Source of the DNA: Psammoneis japonica
Taxonomy: Eukaryota
NCBI GenBank assembly: GCA_008632985.1
Contig: QPGO01000014.1
Location: 548,871-568,870, forward strand
Reading direction: 5' to 3'
DNA: 20,000 bases
Of this stretch, positions 10,545 to 20,000 are shown piece after piece. The position numbers and the translations under genes were made by a program. Under the pieces are notes generated by a model. It did no database searches. It had not been told where the DNA came from and saw nothing but the letters and a program-made list of their open reading frames with translations. How positions within the stretch are numbered: position 1 is the first letter of the stretch; each line of letters starts with the position of its first letter.

Positions 10545-11785
10545 TGCAGTTGTTTGTCACACCTTTCTTGAAGTGAGTGCCTCTCAGATGGACAGCAATT
10601 CCTGCATTGCTTTTTGACCACATTCAACAAGTGTTTGTCCTGCAGCTCTGTTTCTTGCACAATGTTTGTGTTGCGGCCAGGAAAAAAGACACCATGTCCG
10701 GCCGACTGCAATGACGAAACCAAACTTCCTCAAATGGGTCTGCCTTGTGAACAGTTCCCAGTGCCTCCCTCACCCAGTGAATGCTGCAGCAGCTGTTAAC
10801 CTGAAACCTGAGGAGGACAGACCAAAGACTTGCACCACACATTTTTGAATGTCACCTTGCTTCACCAGGTGTGCTCAAGCCCCATCGGTTGTTTTGTTGC
10901 ATTGCTGGGTTTGTTCCCAAAGCAGCTGTCTCCCCTTTGATGGATGTTGGATCCTGAATGTCCAGGCAGCCCCACAGACTGTTGCTGCAGTTTTTTTTTG
11001 CAGTTCCTAAACTTGTCCATGTCATTGCAGGTGACCCAGTCCACATCACCTGGGGCCCCAGTTTGATGAAAAATGTTGACTTGAGCTGCAGTCTGAACAC
11101 AAATGTTCCTTGCACGCGTTCACATTGAAGGGCACATGCACAATGTGATTGACGTCAAGCCATGGGGGACTGGACAGATCAGGATCCTTGCTGCAAATGT
11201 GGAAATGGTCAAACCCCTTGAATTTGAGCACATGATGACATGTGATCCACTTGGCGGGGCCGGAGCAATGTCAAAATTCTGCGTGAGCATCACCGTGACA
11301 AGTTTTGCTTCTGGAGAGGGCTGTTTGAGAGGCTGGTGGAGTTCAAAATCTACATTGTCCCTCATGCTGCAGGTGTGATTGTAGACTGCAGTGTTGGAAA
11401 CCACTGGGTCAGGTCCCTGGGAACATCAAAAAGAAATTCCCGATCCATCTTTGCAACCTCACGCAACAATCTGAGAGCCACTCTGCCATTGCAGGCCGTG
11501 CAGCACCCTTGGACCACTTGGGGATCTCCTTCTCTTGGCACACATTCTTTTTTTTGCAAGAGTGAAATGTGCCATCCAACAGTGGGAATGTTGGTTGGCG
11601 ACATTCTTGTCTGTGCAGGGAGGGGGTGTCAAGACAATTGTGGCAAAAAGAGGGACTTCTTGTTTGATCAATCTTTCATTGTGAGCAAGAATCTTTTTGT
11701 TGGCTTCTGCATGGCATGTTTTGAGGAGAGATTTGTCATGAAGATTGGCTGCATTGCTTGTGGTTGCGGGAGTGGCAGTGGTGCT
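10545..11785 (-). pseudogene. Decayed GT92/DUF23-like (GT-A fold) glycosyltransferase, copy 1
   Basis: The minus strand reads AKWITCHHVLKFKGFDHFHIC (family pattern EWI.YH...GFDHFYIY) and VDWVTCNDMDKF (pattern WV..xDxDEF). Multiple frameshifts and stops. Confidence 0.75.
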
Positions 11786-11819
11786 GGCACTGGCAGGTTG
11801 TGGCTGGGGTTTTGTGGGT

Positions 11820-12440
11820 GTGATCATGTCACATCTGAGCCTGACAAAATCCTCCTCACACAATTTGTTGATGCTTTCCAGGGTGTGGGAGTCAAAATCT
11901 TTGGAGTCAGCTTCTGAAAGGATGGGGGCAAATGCAATGGCAGGCCAAAGTTGAAACCATGTTGTTGCATGAGTGTTGGAACTCCACAGTGAGATTCTCA
12001 CATTTCAACAAGTGCACGATGGTGGCTTTGTTGTCCTCATCAAAGGCACACAGACATTGAGGCAACAAGTGCCCACCTCCAATGCCATTGCAGTTTGCGG
12101 CATGCTCAATTTCTTTTTTGTCCATCTGTTGAGCTCATCTGCACCGTGCTCAGGTTCATGTTTTCTGAACCATTTGCAGCAGAACTCTGAGAGAACTTGA
12201 TCACAGAGGTTTCAAACAACAGCAGACAGGTCTGTGCCTGGCACCTCACAGAGGTTGTTGTTGGGCTTGTTCTCTGTGAGCCAATGAGGTGGCGTGTGCC
12301 AAGCAGGTCCTCCACAACTGACCTCCCGGTTTTGGAAGGGAACCGTCATGGGCTTGGCAGGGGTGCAGTCCTTCCCCAGGCAGTGCCTTTTGTCATGGCC
12401 TCCCCCTTTGCTCAAATGGTGGCAAAATCCTCACTGGACT
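11820..12440 (-). pseudogene. Decayed sulfotransferase family 2 domain, copy 1 (core plus C-terminus; lacks the N-terminal PSB loop)
   Basis: PAWHTPP; GTDLSAVV*NLCDQVLSEFCCKWF (from LFAVVRNPYDRVLSEFYY); GGHLLPQ; HLLKCENL; KDFDSHTLESINKLCEEDFVRLRCDMI (from IN.LY.EDF..LGYDM). Confidence 0.78.
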
Positions 12441-13963
12441 TGTGGATGAAGTGCGCTTTCGAAGCACAAAAAAGAGCTCCGCATCAAACACCATTGTCGA
12501 CCATGTGTGCGAATTCCTGGGCAAGCGGGTGGCAGATTTGAGACCAGTTCTTGGATTGCTTCTTTTCCCTTTCTGTCACTTGCTTCCTGACCGCCTCCTC
12601 GTAACACTGCTTCAACACATCAAATTCATTTGGAAGCAACACATCATGCAACGTCTTTGCTTCAAAAACTGCTGTCATCTGAGCTTGGACAGGGTCATTT
12701 CCTGTCCATTTCGTGCAACAGGCTTCATCGGGCCTTCCTGTCATTGGACAGCGGTCCCGTTCTTCAGAATCCGCATGGCAGGGTAGACACGGGTCCAACA
12801 TCACAAAATGGCTCAAACACAAACGCATTGAGGAAGCTTTGCTCCACGGTTTCATTCGTCAGCAACGTCTTGCTGACGACGGTTGTTGCATGCAATGGTG
12901 CAGTCTTCTACAGTGGAAGCCTGGTTGTTTCGAACTTCTCTTTGAAAAGATTCGTGAAATCTCCCACTTTTCAATGGCAGGCAGACAGCATCGCTTGCTT
13001 CTTTGTTCATTGAACTTGCTTCGTTTGCTTGTTGTTGCACTGCCAGCATTGCCATTGGTGGCAAGATGGTCGATGATGCCATTCTTTCTTGATCATGACA
13101 TCGGAATGCTCTAAAATGTTGCTCAAAAACTTCATCGTATTTCCAACAAATTTCTCGGGCTAGTTCCAGTCTGTTCTTGCCTTTTTCTCCTCTGGTGTCA
13201 GAGAGCATTCTTTGTGTTTGACGTTGAACCAGGTCGTAAAAATGTTCCCCTGTGAAAGAACCAGTTCCTCAACTTTATTCACCATCGGCTCTGCAACATC
13301 TTCAGAGGTGCACCTCAACATCGTTCGCCATCATCTTCATTGTCACATGCCTGGTGTTCAACGGCTCCAATGTTCATGGTCCGGGAAAACACTGCAATTG
13401 TGCGTGAAACGTGCCAGGACACGAATCAAAATCTTTGGGAGTCAGCTTGTCAAAGGGTGGGGGCAAATGCAATGGCAGGCCAGTGTTCAAGCCACATTGT
13501 TGCATGAGCATCGGCAACTTCATTGTGAGATTCTTGCATTTCAACAAGTGTGTGATGGTGGCTTTGTGGTCTTCATCAAAAAGTGTGTGGCCATTGGGGC
13601 AACAAGTGTCCATCTCCAATGCCGCTGCCATTTTGCAGCATGCTCATTTTTTGGTCCATCTGTTGCACTGCTCATCTGCACCATGTTCAGGTCCATGTTT
13701 TCAAACCATTTGCAGTGGAACTCTGAGAAAGTTTCAAATGACTGCAAACAGGTCTTTGCCTTGTGCCTTGCAGGAGTTGTTTTTGGGATCATTTTCCAAG
13801 AGCCAATGGGGCACCAGCACATGCCAAGCAGGTTTTCTAAAACTGACCTCCCAGTTTTGGAAGGAAACCATCATGGCTTGGTGGGGGTGCAGTCTTTCCC
13901 CAGGTAGCACATTCATCATGGCCTCCCCCACCACTCAAACAGTGGCAAAACCCTCACAGGACT
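11892..13963 (+). repeat. Dispersed direct repeat pair B: ~11892-12440 and ~13426-13963 (~0.55 kb each)
   Basis: Shared start TCAAAATCTTTGG(G)AGTCAGCTT...GGGGGCAAATGCAATGGCAGGCCA, collinear to GTGGCAAAA.CCTCAC.GGACT. Confidence 0.93.
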
Positions 13964-14230
13964 CCCGCTTGATTGGAGGCAGCAACTTGTGTTGCTGTGC
14001 CACCTGTCTTTGTAGTGTGAGCCACCAGTTCAAGCTGTGGTTTGTTGCTTTCTTGTCAGTGGGTGGACAGTGTGTTTCACTGGTCCTTCAACACTGCATC
14101 TCCTTGATTGGCTTGAATTTTTCTCATTGTGAACGAAAAGCAATCATCCAATTGAGAAAGGAGAAGACCAAACAAGTTCCATTGAGCTCACCAGTTAGAT
14201 TTGTTTTGGTCAGGACTTGTCGCCGGATGA
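13426..14230 (-). pseudogene. Decayed sulfotransferase family 2 domain, copy 2 (N-terminus plus core; truncated after KDFDS)
   Basis: QLELVAHTTKTGGTATQVAA..AGVL*GFCH contains the 5'-phosphosulfate-binding loop (KTGGT at 13996-14010). Then PAWHV, GKDLFAVI*N, SEFHCKWF, HLLKCKNL and KLTPKDFDS. A possible signal-anchor remnant CLVFSFLNWMIAF lies near 14135-14175. Confidence 0.78.
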
Positions 14231-14270
14231 CCAATGCCAAGCCAACACTTTGCCCATCACATTTCACATT

Positions 14271-15760
14271 TGCAGTTGTTTGTTGCGCCTTTCTTGAAGT
14301 GAGTGCCTTTCAGATGGACAGCAATTCCTGCATTGCTTTCTTGACCACATTCAAATTTGTCCCGTAGCTCCGTTTCCTTCACAACGTTCTTGTTGTGGCT
14401 GGGAAAAAAGGCACCCGTGTCCAGCCATCTGCATGACAAAACCAAACTTCCTCAAATGGGTCTGCCTTGTGAACAGTTCCTGTGCCTCTCTCACCCAGTG
14501 AATGTTGCAGCAGTCAAGCTGAGAAGGACGGACCAAAGACTTGCATTGCACATTTCTGAACGTCGCCTCGCTTCACCAGGTGCACTCGAGCACCATCAGT
14601 TCTTTCGTCACATTGCCAGGTTTGTTCCCAAAGCCAACTGTCTCCCCTTGTGGCAGAAATGTTGGATCCTGAATGTCCAGGCAGTCCCGCAGACTGTTGC
14701 TGTGGATTCCGCACGGTTCTACAAACTCATCCATGTCGTTGCAGGCAACCCAGTCCACCATGCCCATGGCCCCAGTCCGATGCAAAATGTGACTTGAGCA
14801 GTGGTCTGAACACAAAACATTCCTTGCACTGTGTTCACATTGAAGGGAATGCAAGTGATGCAATTGACATCAGGCAATGGGGGACTCATTAGATTGGGAT
14901 CCTGATGTAAATGTAGAAATGGTCAACCCCCATGAAATGAGCACATGATGGCATGCATCCACTCGGCAGCTAGAGCAATGTCAAAATCCCGGACCAGCAC
15001 GGCCGCAACAAGTTTTGCTTCCAGAGAGGGCTGTTTGAGAGGATGGTGGAGTTCGCAATCTACACAATCTTGCATGCTGCAGGTGTGATCGTAGACTGTG
15101 ACATTGGAAACCACTTGGTCAGGTCCCTGGGGACATTGAATGGAAATTCCCAATCCGTCTTTGCAACCTTGCGCAATGACATGAGCTTCCCTGCCATTGC
15201 AGCACCACGCAGCATCCTTGGACCACTTGGGGATTCTTTTTCTGTGCAACCGTTTTTTTCCAAGCAATGTGGGCAAGAGTGAAATGTGCCATCCAGTGGT
15301 GGGAATGGGTGTCGTCTTTGTTCTCGTCCATGTGGGCAGGGAGCGTGAGAACAATTGTCATAAAAAGTGGAACTTTTTGTTTGATGATTCTTTCATTTCA
15401 GCAAGAATCTTTTTGTTGGCTTCCATCAGCATGTGTTGAGGAGAGATTTGCCATGAAGATCGACTGCATTGCTTGTGGTTGCAGGAGTGGCAGCAGCACT
15501 GGATGCCTCCTGCATTGTAGACTCCTCTGCATGTTATGTTCATTTTCTTCCATTTGATTTTCACTGGCAGCTGCAGCAAAGGCAGCAGTGCCACAGGGCC
15601 ATCTTAACTTGTTCCCACGTGGTCAAGACGACTGTGAATGCCCCTTGCTGGCATTGCATGAGAAGACAGCCAACAAGACACAAGCCATCAACGCTTTCTG
15701 GCTGCCACTGACTGCCGACACTGACTCTAGGTCTGACAGCATTGGCATCATAATGTCTTG
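14271..15760 (-). pseudogene. Decayed GT92/DUF23-like glycosyltransferase, copy 2
   Basis: AAEWM...MGVDHFYIY (14907-14933) and VDWVACNDMDEFVEP (~14715-14760). A possible signal-anchor remnant ALMACVLLAVFSC lies near 15655-15695. The 5' boundary is uncertain. Confidence 0.75.
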
Positions 15761-18291
15761 CTGCTCCTCAATGTGATGGTGTCAGCGAGACTAAAGTGGA
15801 TGAAGGTGATGGCATGCACTTGTTTTGTTGAGCATCCCATGATGCCTGCATTGCAAACAAAGGAAAAGTGGGAAAAAGGAGGGACGATCATTTGTGATGA
15901 CGAGTTTTGAATGAACACTCTCTGCCACCACTGTGATGGCATCCGGCAGCATCACATTGTAAAACATCCATCAGACGCAACTGGAGATGTCGGAGAAGAT
16001 CCCACAGCAGTTCCGCCACCTTGAACCTTGAACAACTGAGTCATCTTTGGATGAGTTGCTTGGTGCAGGACTTGGATCTGCATCAAGAAAACCATGCCAA
16101 TCTTGAAAAGGTAATTCAAATGATGGTGCACCAGGAAGCAGCTGCTGATCATTGCTGTTGAAGTGCATGAGGATGTGTTCTGAGTTTGGCTGCCCATGGT
16201 GCAACCATTTTTTTCCTCTGCTGACTGCTGATGACTGATGACCAAAGACTGTGGATGGAATTTGTTCTTGTCCAACGCGATGGTGTGTGGTGCTGTGCAA
16301 ACTGTCAAAGTCATTTGTCAAGGTCATTGCAACATTTCTGCCCCATTGATCATGTGATTGAGATTCAAATCCATTTGTTCTTCTCACAAAATCATTGTGA
16401 GATCTCTCTTCTTCAGTTTCTAGCCACAATTTCTCACAGAGAACTTTCACAACACTGCACTGCAACCTTGAGCTTCTGCTCTTGTCTGCTGCAAAGCTGC
16501 TTTGCTGCTTCTTTGCTCTGTCCAGCAGCTCCTCTGGCTGCAGAGGTGGGGCATCATGATTTGCAGAGCATTGTCAAAAGTTGAACATTGTGTGTTGTGA
16601 ACTTTCAAATGTGCAATGTTTTCTTCAAAGAGATGGGAATGAACTGGGTGGAAGATTGTGGCCTGCAGAAAAGCACCCAAAATGCACGGACCTCATCTGC
16701 AAGCATCAGTTCAAGCAATGTTCAGAGTCCTCTGCTGGGGCAACAACCTGGGAAAAGAATGCAGGTGTGGTCCAAAGCACTGATCTGTCTTGATGCAAGC
16801 AAATGACAGTGGGCACAAAGTGTTTCAAAAACATGAGCCGTGCACAATTTTTGCACCTGCAGTCTGACTCAGGAGTGCTGGGGGCTCTCTTTGCTGAGCA
16901 CATGATCTCCCTCTGTGGTGGTGCTGGAGGCTGAGTGAATGCATGTGTGCACCTGTGCATGCATTAAAGCACAACCACCAAAACTGAAACTTGCTGTGCT
17001 CCCTGCCAAACACTGGACGAGATTGCACAGCAATTTCTTGCTTGAGATCTCCACATTTCGCTGGGCTCACAGGGCTGATGATGTCTCTGTTTCAAAGCAT
17101 GCTCAATGGCTCCTGTGGCCTCTGTGACAGCAAAGCTTTTGGTGCTCTGCTCTTCTAAATTGCAAAACCATTTCCAAAGTTTCTTGTCATTTTTTGTTCT
17201 CATTTTGGCCCGGGATCTGATCTCACTTTTGGTCTTGGCTCGCTCTTTTTGTTCCGTTGAGGAGGATGAGGATGCCGACAGAGGGATGGAAAGAGTCAAA
17301 CATGGGGGTGATGCTGCAACAAGGGCACCACCACCTCCTCAAACAATGAGGAGGAACACATTTGAACATGAAACAGGCTCCATGCACCAGGCAGCTGCAA
17401 TGATCTCCAGCCCCCATGTCAAAGAATGCAAGGCAAAGAAGGTGAGAGCTTCTGCGAGAACCTTGGCCTCAAAAACTTCATCAAAAAGCACCGTCATTCT
17501 AGATCCATGCCAAAATGGACAGATTCTTTCTGAAGTAGAACTAAAAGGTTTGGATGAACAACTGAGCCTCTCGCACTCTCTAGAAGGAATTTCCAATTTC
17601 CCTGGCAAACGGTTGTGGATGCCGATGAGACAGATGATGGTCCAAATTTGCCATGTTTCTACACCTCTACACTTTCCTTCAGATGCTCTGCAAATATTCT
17701 TCCAACATGCCCTACACACAGTAAATAAAATGTGACTGTCATCGTTGTCCCATGAATGCTTCGTGAAAATCAAGATCATTGGAAAGTGCCGAAAATGACG
17801 ATCCAAATTTTTGACGTCGCTGACAAGGATCAGTTACGCACTGAGGCACAGCTGTTGGAAAGTACAGCTTCACCGTCAAGCCTTACATTGAACAACGGTT
17901 GGAGGAACCGAGACGGAAAATTACAACATATCGAGCCGCGTATCGTTGGGCATGCTCACGATACAACAACGATCGTCACGTCTCTGTCTCTTCACGTTTC
18001 TGTTGCTGAACTTTGACAACGGGGTGTGGCACAGTAGCCATAAGTTTAGTTTCGCATGGGCGCCTTGATGTCGCCCTCCGAGCCTTACTGCCTTACTTCA
18101 TATTAGAAACGAAAGCGTATATCAAACAAAGATCCCAGCCTTGATCCTGGAAAGCTCCCTACATTCGACTGTTTTCCATGTTTCATGATGCCTCTTTTTC
18201 GACAAAAGTGAGATCATAACTTCTTTTCTAGGCCAAATGTAAATCGAAAAATCTCTGACGACTATATTCTACCATATCAACATCTTATTAT

Positions 18292-18978
18292 CTAGTGGCC
18301 TTCTTCCTCTTCAGCTTCGATGCCAAGTTGGTGGTCCAATTCCATAAGCAATTGCGGTGCACCCTTGACCTTCGCCAACACAGATCCAACCTTTTCTTCT
18401 GCATCGATTTGTTCCATATGAAATGGATTAAGGAAGGCTTTGCACCCGTACTCCCCGCATCTATCAGCGGCGTCTGCAAGGCGGAGAAGGTTTTGAGTAT
18501 TGGTTTTCTCTGCATGAAGTATATCCTCCCATACCTCTGCCTCGGTGATCCAATCACACTTTGGCGCATCAAGAGCTTTCAACTGGACGGGAAAGTTTCG
18601 TTTCATGGCAAAGTCGAGAATAGCAAGTCCGTGGCCTCGCTCTTCGCCTGATTCTTCCAGCATCCATGCCGCCATTCCTGGAAGTCCGCGATCATGGCAC
18701 CAAATCGAGGCACTCAGGTACAGTTGCGAGGCCGCCAATTCAACAGATACCTGATCACTCCAGAGGTTCACCAACTCTTGCGATGTGCTTCCTGTTGTCA
18801 TTTCCGGAGTGGCTGGGTATGCAGGAGTCACGGTTTTATCGGGAGCGACAGGGCTTGATACTTGAGGGCTTCGGACTGCCGCCCCACCTCCGTTGAGCTG
18901 ACTCAAATATGGAGATTGAAGAGCCGACGCCGGTGCGGCGACAATAGCGGCAAAAAGAGCAGTAGCGGACAACTTCAT
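18292..18978 (-). CDS. FTN: Ferritin, diatom type, with bipartite (signal plus transit) plastid-targeting presequence
   Basis: MKLSATALFAAIVAAPASA|LQSP resembles an ASAFAP-type cleavage site. The mature domain QVSVELAASQLYLSASIW...GMAAWMLEESGEERGHG...DFAMKRN...AEKTNT...FLNPFHMEQIDAEEKVGSVLAKV carries the ferroxidase Glu/His/Gln ligands. Single intact ORF. Confidence 0.95.
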   Translation of the reverse strand: MKLSATALFAAIVAAPASALQSPYLSQLNGGGAAVRSPQVSSPVAPDKTVTPAYPATPEMTTGSTSQELVNLWSDQVSVELAASQLYLSASIWCHDRGLPGMAAWMLEESGEERGHGLAILDFAMKRNFPVQLKALDAPKCDWITEAEVWEDILHAEKTNTQNLLRLADAADRCGEYGCKAFLNPFHMEQIDAEEKVGSVLAKVKGAPQLLMELDHQLGIEAEEEEGH

Positions 18979-19049
18979 CGTCGTTTTTGTTTCATACAAC
19001 TTCTTTACTGTATTACGTATTTTGTTATGCGTTGGTGAAGGCGATCAAT

Positions 19050-19954
19050 NNNNNNNNNNNNNNNNNNNNNNNNNNNNNNNNNNNNNNNNNNNNNNNNNNN
19101 NNNNNNNNNNNNNNNNNNNNNNNNNNNNNNNNNNNNNNNNNNNNNNNNNNNNNNNNNNNNNNNNNNNNNNNNNNNNNNNNNNNNNNNNNNNNNNNNNNNN
19201 NNNNNNNNNNNNNNNNNNNNNNNNNNNNNNNNNNNNNNNNNNNNNNNNNNNNNNNNNNNNNNNNNNNNNNNNNNNNNNNNNNNNNNNNNNNNNNNNNNNN
19301 NNNNNNNNNNNNNNNNNNNNNNNNNNNNNNNNNNNNNNNNNNNNNNNNNNNNNNNNNNNNNNNNNNNNNNNNNNNNNNNNNNNNNNNNNNNNNNNNNNNN
19401 NNNNNNNNNNNNNNNNNNNNNNNNNNNNNNNNNNNNNNNNNNNNNNNNNNNNNNNNNNNNNNNNNNNNNNNNNNNNNNNNNNNNNNNNNNNNNNNNNNNN
19501 NNNNNNNNNNNNNNNNNNNNNNNNNNNNNNNNNNNNNNNNNNNNNNNNNNNNNNNNNNNNNNNNNNNNNNNNNNNNNNNNNNNNNNNNNNNNNNNNNNNN
19601 NNNNNNNNNNNNNNNNNNNNNNNNNNNNNNNNNNNNNNNNNNNNNNNNNNNNNNNNNNNNNNNNNNNNNNNNNNNNNNNNNNNNNNNNNNNNNNNNNNNN
19701 NNNNNNNNNNNNNNNNNNNNNNNNNNNNNNNNNNNNNNNNNNNNNNNNNNNNNNNNNNNNNNNNNNNNNNNNNNNNNNNNNNNNNNNNNNNNNNNNNNNN
19801 NNNNNNNNNNNNNNNNNNNNNNNNNNNNNNNNNNNNNNNNNNNNNNNNNNNNNNNNNNNNNNNNNNNNNNNNNNNNNNNNNNNNNNNNNNNNNNNNNNNN
19901 NNNNNNNNNNNNNNNNNNNNNNNNNNNNNNNNNNNNNNNNNNNNNNNNNNNNNN
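19050..19954. other. Assembly gap (905 N)
   Basis: Run of N. Confidence 1.
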
Positions 19955-20000
19955 CACCGCGCATCACACGAACGTTGCTTCCCTTTCTCAAGAATCCATC

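Larger units (their letters stand above)
10545..15502 (+). repeat. Dispersed direct repeat pair A: ~10545-11785 and ~14271-15502 (~1.24 kb each)
   Basis: Shared start TGCAGTTGTTTGT....CCTTTCTTGAAGTGAGTGCCT.TCAGATGGACAGCAATTCCTGCATTGCTTT, collinear to TGCATTGCTTGTGGTTGC.GGAGTGGCAG. Confidence 0.93.
7383..17499. other. TpA- and CpG-depleted degenerate domain 2 (~10 kb) containing decayed duplicated genes and unassigned coding-like remnants
   Basis: About 50 TA dinucleotides in ~10 kb by manual count, with no TA from 11384 to 12601. CG is nearly absent over 8460-10160. ORFs on both strands are Cys/His/Gln-rich and almost Tyr-free. Confidence 0.85.

Noticed and set aside
15780..17450. Coding-like remnants including an FLDAD DxD-like string
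   Set aside because: Too degraded, and a single short motif is not enough to assign a glycosyltransferase or transposase.
7383..17499. Classical fungal-type RIP, or an intact transposon with TIRs/LTRs
   Set aside because: RIP raises TpA, the opposite of what is seen. I found no terminal repeats, target-site duplication, or transposase/RT motifs.
17450..18016. Broken plus-strand frames (LSEVELKGLDEQLSL..., KVPKMTIQIFDV...)
   Set aside because: Possibly a gene fragment, but interrupted and with no identifiable domain.
19005..19991. Long ORFs of X residues
   Set aside because: Artefacts of the N gap.

Overview
Eukaryotic genomic DNA, most likely from a diatom or related stramenopile, judged from the short GT-AG introns and a diatom-type ferritin with a bipartite plastid presequence. 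There are four normal-composition genes: a FadE-type acyl-CoA dehydrogenase (minus strand, 3 introns, runs off the window start), a secreted PI-PLC X-domain phosphodiesterase, a LON substrate-binding-domain protein and ferritin. There is also a 905-nt assembly gap. Between the genes lie two domains (~1.95-4.04 kb and ~7.38-17.5 kb) almost devoid of both TpA and CpG and rich in TpG/CpA. The larger one holds duplicated, decayed host genes (sulfotransferase family 2 and GT92/DUF23 glycosyltransferase). Comparing the paralogs shows conserved Tyr codons converted TAC->CAC and TAC->TGC. This points to a regional, context-specific TpA->TpG/CpA (A->G) hypermutation acting alongside ordinary CpG decay, opposite in direction to fungal RIP. 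It is the most interesting signal in the window. All counts are by eye and family assignments come from recalled motifs, not database searches.
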